Shown: piece by piece, positions 55,802 to 64,000 of the stretch
Layout: every line of letters starts with the position of its first letter
Position numbering within the stretch: the first letter of the stretch is position 1
Assembly: GCF_022539665.2 (NCBI RefSeq)
Contig: NC_081331.1
Location: forward strand, 1,426,001 to 1,490,000
Direction of reading: 5' to 3'
Source: Daphnia carinata
Lineage: Eukaryota
DNA: 64,000 nucleotides
Translations under genes and position numbers: made by a program
The notes under the pieces: generated by a model
What the model saw: the letters and a program-made list of their open reading frames with translations, nothing else
What the model was told of the DNA's origin: nothing
The model's database searches: none

Positions 55802-57994
55802 ATGGCCGAATCTAACATCGTCAAGTTTTACGAAGATCGCTCAATTTTTATCACGGGTGCAACAGGGTTTATGGGAAAAGTTCTTGTGGAAAAACTACTT
55901 CGATCATGTCCAGGTATCAACCGACTCTATATTTTGATGAGGCCATCCAAGGGCAAAGAAGTTACCGTTCGCCTAAAGGAGCTCATAAGCAACCAGGTAA
56001 CGAAAACGATCTATCTAACTTTTCTTTATCTGTTAACGAATTGTCGTTTATAAAGAAGGATTCTACATTTTTGCTTTCATTGTGATGTAGTCCCGTAGGC
56101 GGTTAAATGAAAACGTTAATTTCATTACGATTTCCGTAAATAAGTTACGCAAGCTTACTTGCATTCGTAGTCTTGATGAAGCTAACAAACAGAAGTTTTA
56201 AACACAGTAATAACACATTTTAATTTGTAGGTGTTTGATTCACTTCGAAGAGAGCAATCCAATATGCTCGAAAAAATCGTGGCCGTAACAGGAGACGTGA
56301 CTCGAGAAGGCTTTGGATTATCGCCATCTGATTTGAATTTGCTCATTGAAAATGTTTCCATAGTCTTTAATTTGGCCGCAACAGTAAGGTTTGACGAAGA
56401 GCTCAAGGATGCCCTTCAAATGAACGTCAAAGGCCCCAGGTACCTTCTCAATATTTGCCGCAAGATGAAACACCTAGAGGTACATAATCTACAACACCTG
56501 ACTGCCTTATTATTTCCATATCAAATGGTCATTCTGTGGCTTGATTCACAATTTTCTAAAACCGTCATACTTGATGATTGCCCCCTAGGCTTTTGTCCAC
56601 GTCTCGACGGCCTTCAGCGTCGTCGACCGACCAGAAATTGACGAAGTAATTTATCCATCTACGATGGATCCCGTCAAATTAGCCGAATTCATCGACGAGG
56701 CCGATGCTTCACTTCTTAATGGCATTACCAAAGAGTACGTATGACACCTCAGGTTAAAATTTTTCTCACATGCAAGAGATTACGATAAAATTTATCAAAC
56801 AGACTTGTTGGCCCATATCCAAACACCTATACCTACACCAAAAAGTTAGCCGAACAAATTTTGGAAAAAGAATGTGGTACCGTTCCACTGGCAATAGTTC
56901 GACCGTCCATCGTCACTGCAGCTCTTAGAGAGCCGTTTCCTGGTTGGATAGATAACTTAAATGGTCCAACAGGATTGATTGCTGGTGGAGGAAAGGGATT
57001 TATTCGAGTATTTAAAGCTGAGAGCCCTGACCTTATAACTGACCTCATTCCCGTCGATTTGTCAATCAACCTTATGATTGCAGTAGCATGGCATACAGCC
57101 ACGCATCGGTAAGAATCCGAGAGTTTAGTGTTAAGAAGGTTCGACACAATTTGACTGAACTCTTTACCTTGTATCTAAAAGACCAGCGAATTCATCAGTC
57201 TACTTTAGTTCAACCAGTTACGACAATCCTATTACTTTTGGCCAGTTTGAGACCTTTACTACGTTCGCCTGGAGAAAATATCCAACTAAAGATATGCTCT
57301 GGTATCCGGTACGTCTAATTATGTTTCGTGTACTTGTACTACGTGAATTCTTCTAAATCTTTGACATCTAGACATCGGAGATCACAAATAAGAACTGGTA
57401 TTATCAGCTCAATGTTCTGCTCTATCATATTATGCCTGCCGTTTTAGTTGACTGTTATGCCAGATTTATGGGCCAGCGTGCAAACAGGGTAAGCAACGCA
57501 CAATTCCTTAGACATGTTTCTTAAAATGAGCTTTACTTTCTTTAAATAGGTTCGCTTGTACAAAAAAGCTTTTCGCGCACTATCCGCCTTCGATTTTTTC
57601 TTTAGTAAACAGTGGAAATTCATAAGTAAGAACTCGGATGGAATTTGGTCAACATTGTCGGCGAAAGATCGCAAAATATTTTATTTTAATGTTCGTGAAA
57701 TTAACTGGCTTGCGTACTTCGAAACCTACATTTTGGGAACTCGTCGATTTATTCTCAAAGATGACATCAGTACTCTACCAGAAGCAAAGAAAAATGTGAC
57801 AAAGTATATTTACGAGTTCAATTTTTTAAGCGTTTGATGTGAATCTTAATTCTGAATATACTTTTAGGTTGTATTTACTACGGAACTGCGTACATATGGT
57901 CTTTTTTGCAGCTTCTATCCTGGGTTTTTCAGCTGTTTTCAATTTTTTCAAGTTCCTTCTGCGCGGGCGAACCATTGCAATAAGTGATTTGTAA
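55802..57994 (+). CDS. FAR: Fatty acyl-CoA reductase, copy 3 (~506 aa, 8 coding exons)
   Basis: Exons 55802-55996, 56231-56479, 56589-56734, 56803-57108, 57182-57308, 57372-57488, 57550-57803, 57868-57994. TGATGFMGK and PNTYTYTK motifs; AATAAA at ~58013. Confidence 0.95.
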
Positions 57995-58329
57995 TACTGA
58001 ATTCGTATACCAATAAACAGCTAAGTGCTAATAACATCCGCATTGTAAATGTTGCCTCGCACCAGTTTTGAAATAAATTTAACTTAACGAAGAAAGCCTA
58101 TTTTGCATATTTTGCGGTTCGACTTGCTAAATTAAAGCAATAAAATAAGCTAGCGCCATTTATTCCTCCGGCCCCGGACGAGCGCAAATTTACTATTAGG
58201 TTGCTAAACGCAAAAAATAATATATATATAATAATAAGTCAAATAAAATACCATAATAATAAAAAAATAATAAATAAGAATTAATAAAATAATAATGTAC
58301 ATTTAAATAAATATTTAAATATATCCAAC

Positions 58330-58385
58330 ACCATAGATTCGAACCCGTGAAATATACGTGATAGACGCGAACTATGCCACAGCGT
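58330..58385 (-). pseudogene. Second, divergent tRNA-like remnant
   Basis: Minus strand reads TGGCATAGTT...GGGTTCGAATC (partial A box, good B box at 58336-58346). Confidence 0.45.
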
Positions 58386-58468
58386 CATGCTGTCATTACA
58401 CTTACTACTGCGTCATACTGTCATTACATAGTCTGAATGACACCGGCAACAAAATTCGGTTGAGATGT

Positions 58469-58540
58469 GCGGTCCTGGCACAGTGGTTATCACCCACGCT
58501 TTGTATTCTGTAGTCCCGGGTTCAAGTCCCGCAACCGACA
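58469..58540 (+). pseudogene. tRNA-derived sequence (degenerate tRNA or SINE-like head)
   Basis: A box TGGCACAGTGG (58476-58486), B box GGTTCAAGTCC (58519-58529) in a CGGG/CCCG T-arm; acceptor and anticodon stems are broken. Confidence 0.7.
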
Positions 58541-58625
58541 ACTTCCAAGCCCTCCCTTCCCTCCATGCCCGCCTCCCACCACCCTCCCTCCCACCCTCCA
58601 CCTCATCATTCAAGATTCATCTCAA

Positions 58626-58679
58626 CGGATTCGCAAGATTCTTCACCTCATCGGATTACGCAAGATTCTACATCTTCAT
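58626..58679. repeat. ~27-bp imperfect tandem duplication
   Basis: cggattcgcaagattcttcacctcat / cggattacgcaagattctacatcttcat, with partial copies on both sides. Confidence 0.8.
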
Positions 58680-59467
58680 CGCTTCGGACATCATCTACAC
58701 ACAAATGACAACGCTAGAAAAGCATTCAAGAAAGAAGAGAGAAGAAAGAAGAGCCATGCCTACTATAAAGGGGCTAAATGGCACCACACTTAAAAAACAC
58801 ACACATACACTTACACGACACATATACAGACGTTTCACATCGATCTGTAGTACCGTTCACTACACGTTAAAGATCGACCCACAAACGGAAGGTAGAGAAG
58901 AGGTGATCGTAGTGAGTAGGTTGTTCGTAAGTTCTCCCCATGGCCTGAAAGACGGTTCATGGATGCAGGCAGCTAATCATCGAGCTATGTGACCCTCTTC
59001 GATACCCGTAAGTTTTTGTTCCTTACTGTGCCTAAAGTACTTGCGATTAGATTAGTAGTTGCGACTAAGCAGGTTAGTATTACCTACGGAGGGCCTTCTC
59101 TTCTTTTCTTCTTCTTGACGGGCAGAGGGGCTTACGTACATGTTGGGGGTTTGGGCTGGAAGGAGGTAATTTAAGGACCAACGACAACAATAGGGTATTG
59201 ACAGTGAGCAGTGGTCAAAGAAAGGACACTCTTGGTTTGCAAAAACATTTGAAAGTAGACGGGCAAAATAAGGCGTATCGATTTATTTACAAGAAAGTGT
59301 TAAAATACCCTAGTGCCACCTACCCTGGCCTCGGACGGGCCCAAAGTTACTAGTTGCATTGGTAACTTTCACAAAATCCATTTTGTAGAGTTGTCATCGT
59401 TGTTTTTGTGCTGTCTAGTTGCAGACGAAGCAACTGTTGATCAGTATTTTGGTTTTACGTTTTGGAG

Positions 59468-62400
59468 ATGGAATTTCCAGAGAACATTCCGGGATGCATA
59501 TTAGACGAAATTGCTCTAGAAGGACTCGAAGGGCTGACTATTTCCAGTTTGTATTAATTCAAGATAGCCTATTTCGGAAATGACAATTTCTTTTAACAAT
59601 TTCTTGCAGCACTTTGGGTCCGATTAATTAAGCGGAAGAACTTTCCCATTGCCTTAGATGATCAATCTAAACGCTTCATCTGGAAAATCATTTGTAAAAA
59701 TGATGCTGTTGAAATGTTCAAATTGGTAGTGCCCAGGCCTTTATTGATAGACTACAATCGATATGACAATCTAGATCCAGAACTTGAAATCATTTGTGAA
59801 CCTGTAAGAAAATTGGCTTAAAGTATGTAAAATTTTCCCTCATGTCTTATTTAATGATTGTAGGAAAGTCTTCCTGAAGACATTTATCCTGTTGCTGCTG
59901 TTGAGGATAAAATAAATGGAATACGAGGATCGTGTGCCACCTACAACACACGGGAAAATATCACTTCAGAAGCAAAAGCCCTTACTTTGGAAGAATCCAT
60001 TTCAAGGTACAGTCAGCATTGAGTTCATGATTGACTCATTTTCACAATTTTTTCCTTTATAGATATGGTGAACAGCTTGTTTTAGTGGCTTGCCAAGCAG
60101 CCAGAAATGTTGCATTGGCTGGAGTTCAAACTGGTGTTTTGGAAACTCTTGCAATTAACTCCTACATCATGTTAGAAAGAATTGGTAGGTCAAGGGAACA
60201 TGGGGATGTAACTCAGGGGAGATATGGTCTCAGCAGATTGAATATTCCACCAAAATCTGCCTTTTACTTCAGAAAAAGATTGTTAGCAGCTGGCTTACTT
60301 GTGAAACAGGTAGGTCAAAATGTTGTTTACCATTAAATTTTGTAATTTAAAATATCTTTCCTAGCCTATTTCAATGAGAGTTAGCAATCGAAATGTACTT
60401 GGAACACTTCTCCATTTATCACGATTCTACAGCCTAAGGCTGCCCAAATTACTTTATTTGATCAAGCGCCTTATACAGATTCTAAAGGTAATCGTTAAAA
60501 AAGTGCAATATGCGATTACAAAAGCTGATGACATGTGTATTGTATAGGATTCCCCCCACTATATGCTTGATTATCCAACGATAAGAGCCAAGCTGAATAC
60601 TTCTCTTCAGCTTAAAAAAATTCTTGCGGCGAATGAAATGCGACAATATGCAGTAGTGGAATCGGTAAATTATCTTCTCTAGTTAGCGATGAATTCATTA
60701 ACATCTTTATCGTTCATGTATTTCCAAGGTACGTTATCGAGATTATTTCCCAGACGCTACGATAAAGGGTATTAATTGTAATAGAATCAATAGCACACTG
60801 TAACACCAATATAATCACTCTTCAAAGATTGGAAAATGCGGAATTGTGACAATGAAAAACAAGTAAAAGTTGTACGGCTAAACGATCCAAACGTCGATCC
60901 TGAGGCTCTGTTTCAAGGTGATGAAGCTCCTCCAGATGACGGGTCTCTTTACAGCGAAGGTGAAGAAGAAAGTTCGTCTTCTGGGATTTTGTCGAATGCC
61001 GTCATCCAACGGCACCACCATTCGATTGTACAACAAGCCTATGGATTCGTTGAAGCAACCGGATCTGAAGGCTTGACACAAGGAGCTTTAGCTGAACAGC
61101 TAGGCCTAAGTCAACTTGATGCACGTTCAACTATCCGTGTACTCTCTCGTCTTTTGATGGTGCACTGTGTTGTAAAGGAAGTGAAGAAAAATCGTGTTTT
61201 TTTGTAAGATGTAGAAACCACCTGCCTTTTGTGGAGTTTCGTTTAATTTCTGTTTAATTTATAGGTATGTTTCGAAAAATCATTTTGGTGCCAATGCTAT
61301 CAGAGCCCAGTTCGAACAAGAGCAGCAAAAAATTAAAGGATTAATGCAAGTCGGCAATGAATCAGTTACCGATTCCAATCAAACGACAACTTCCAACCTA
61401 TCCTTAGCATTGTCTACAAATGTACAATTGGAGGTAAGACAAAATATTTTAAAAAGTAGAAGAATTCGAATGATTGCCGTAAATTTGTCATACGTAAGTC
61501 CTACTATATTTCGAAAATTTTTCTACTTTTTTATGCAGAAAGATGTGACTTTGCGGGAAGAAGAGGTCACGGAGGACGATGGATTATTTCGACCTAATGT
61601 CCCACGAGGAATTTTAGCTGAAGGCGAAACAATTTCCGATTTAACACATCGTAGCCTGAGAAGAGTTAATATTATTCTGGAAGCCATTCGCCAACATTTG
61701 GTGATTGAGGAGATTGGCGTTCTACTTAGAGTATGCAGTATTTTCAAAACTTTTTCATTGTTTTTAATAGAAATCTATATATTCGCTTACAGCTAGTTAC
61801 AGCTGAAGAGGCTAAGGAAGGTGTTGATGCTCGAATGGATAGACGATCTCTAAAACGATTGTTAGCCCGCTTATCAAATGAAGGACAGCTAAAGAATATG
61901 CGAATAGTGCTTCGGTATAATCAGTTTTTTCCTTAGTTGTTATTCCATCATTTTTAAATTTTTTTTACATGAAGGTGTGGTGATCGTGAGCGCGCTCTCA
62001 ATTTCATCTGTCAACCTGGTGTTGATCAGAACAACAGCGTTATTCGTTCAGCAATTGACCAAGCCAAGTTGAAACTTTTTTGTTTATCCAAACATAAATA
62101 TAGTCGTTCGGCATCTGCGAAACCTGAAAAATCCCAACCGAAGGCTGAAAAGCTGGAATTTAACGATACGTCAGTTCAGTTGGATCCATCTCTGTGTGAC
62201 AGTGTCAAACAGGTCAAAGAACAATTGCTTAAAGGCCAAGGCCAAGGAGCAAAAAGGTAGTAGATTGCAATGATCTCCCATATTCTTTTTATTTTTAATA
62301 TGTTTTATTTTAGTTTTCCTTTCAAAGTCATTCATAGCACCAACAGTGGACGAGTATACGGAACTGAACCTAAGTGCATACGTCTGAAAGAAATACACAC

Positions 62401-64000
62401 CCTGTTATATTACCTCGTCTATGGATATGATGGTGAATTGTTCACTGATCAAGCTCAGGCGAGGGAAGCACTCAGAAACGAAAACCCCACTCTTGAGGGC
62501 GTAGACGATGAAGCGTTTGAAAATCTTCCAGATATTTACAAGGTATCATGAAGCGGCATATACGTTATGTATTCCGGTGTTGCATCGTAACACAATTTTT
62601 TCGTTATCGTCTTTAAAGACTAAATTAGGTTGGCAGACGTTCATCGAACCACTGCCAGTGCACAGTGGATGGCCTTCCGGGTGGTCCTTTCTTTGCGACA
62701 TACTTTTACGATTACCTCTTTCAATTTTCCTAAAAGTGGTTAACATCACGTATCAAATTGATGGGCTCGAAACCTATCTCAAACATCCGATTAAACAATA
62801 CGTGCTACTTAAACACCTACCAATGGATATACGACAAGGTCTTATTTATGCACGGAAGTATATTTTTAGTGTTCACGAAATCATCACAAACATGGTTTAT
62901 CTCGGACTTGCGCAGTTTGGTCCACATAGCCTTAAGGTAACGTATAAAGCGATCTATTTATTTAATTTATTCTAGATATCTTAGCGCTGATAGCATTTTT
63001 TTGTATTGGATAAAAAGGAAAAAGATCAAGTCTTCATTTACTTGAACCGGAAAACAACTTTAATGGATACAACTACCTCTAATCCTGGATATCATCACAT
63101 ATCACGTGACATGGAATATGAGAAAAAAACCTTTCTTTTTGAATCGATGGAAGACGTGGAAAAATACTGGTAATGCACTAAATTTAACTGCTAAAACTAA
63201 AAAATATAACTCTGTCGTAGCTCGTATTTCACTACCTAACCATCGTCCCTATTTTAATCTTCTAATGATCGGTACCACTTTGCCTCTATCGCACGACAGG
63301 TACGAAGTTTGGACCATTTGTTCTAACACTTTATTAGGCAGTGTTAGTACGGTAGCCGGACAAAGCATAACGCTGGAAATGTTGCGGAAGAAACCTGCTA
63401 TGATTGAAGCAATGCGAATGCGTGAACCACACGAAGCGCCGCTTTTAGATACAGGAGAAGTCCCCGGCGATCATCTGGGTGCTGCAGGGTTTGATTCCGC
63501 CTTTTTCGCACACTTGAAAGTACAACAAATATTCTCATTCCTAAATAAAAAAGACTTCTCTTTGGTAAAACAATTTGTATTGCGTTCTTTTAGAGAAACT
63601 GGACATACAACAAGGCGACGACAATGATCAGCAGGTTAGAATTGCAAGTCAAGAAAACAGGAAATGGATGTAAATCAGATAAAGCACCGCAAACCAAAAC
63701 TTCCAACCCAGCTACCGTCCCGGGGCGCCTTGCTAGTTTAAGGGACAACGCTATTCGATTTACTCAATGCGTCACACAAGATGGAACAAATTTAACGATT
63801 CCCGTAACAATGGTAGACAACGCAAATCCTACCAGAGGTCAAAAAAGAAAGCGACATGATAGTAAAAAATCTTCTCCGACTGTCGGCTGGTCAAAAGTCG
63901 GTCCCAAGAAGACAAGAGGTATTCGTTCCTTACTTGTGACATTCAGGAATTGTTCTTTATCCGTTAATTTCAATTTTCAGTATCCACCAAACCTGCGTCC
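59468..64000 (+). CDS. GTF3C1: General transcription factor IIIC subunit 1 (B-box-binding subunit), 5' portion; runs off the window
   Basis: First exons 59468-59546 and 59610-: MEFPENIPGCILDEIALEGLEGLTISTLWVRL, matching the family N-terminus (LDEVALEGL). Later exons give YIMLERIGRSREHG, RMDRRSLKRLL, GWSFLCDILLRLPLSIF, GDHLGAAGFDSAFFAHLKRNW. Confidence 0.95.

Larger units (their letters stand above)
58141..59353 (+). mobile_element. Putative non-autonomous Helitron-like insertion bounded by ~55-bp imperfect direct repeats
   Basis: 58141-58196 and 59301-59353 align (taaaata..ctag.gcca..ta..cc..ggcc.cggacg.gc.caaa.ttacta). The right copy has a GC hairpin followed by CTAG|T, as in Helitron 3' ends. 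Interior: AT-rich tract, tRNA-like boxes, C-rich tract, short tandem repeats. Confidence 0.5.

Noticed and set aside
58469..58540. Functional tRNA-Gln(TTG)
   Set aside because: Acceptor and anticodon stems do not pair; treated as tRNA-derived.
58465..58992. 175-aa ORF inside the insert
   Set aside because: Runs through tRNA-like, C-rich and tandem-repeat DNA; no Rep/helicase or RT motifs.

Overview
Eukaryotic (arthropod) genomic DNA with ~60-80 bp introns and A/T-tract-rich intergenic DNA; the style suggests a Daphnia-like crustacean (inference). From left to right: (1) an IRSp53/BAIAP2-like I-BAR + SH3 gene on the minus strand, with coding exons traced from 17151 down to ~1618, large 5' introns and an unlocated first coding exon; (2) a probable spliced non-coding transcript (minus, ~31.4-32.1 kb) behind a DRE/TCT promoter, carrying an intronic H/ACA-like hairpin; (3) three tandem two-exon paralogues I do not recognise (plus, 32.7-37.8 kb), each encoding signal peptide + hydrophobic helix + heptad repeat + Cys pair; (4) three intact fatty acyl-CoA reductase (FAR) genes that differ in intron content, one with a GC-AG intron flanked by an 8-bp direct repeat; (5) IRE1 nested in the FAR cluster, with a ~188-aa C-terminal tail; (6) a ~1.2 kb Helitron-like insert with two divergent tRNA-like A/B-box units; (7) the 5' part of GTF3C1 (TFIIIC B-box-binding subunit), running off the window. 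All exon models were read by eye from splice signals and frame continuity; no searches were run.
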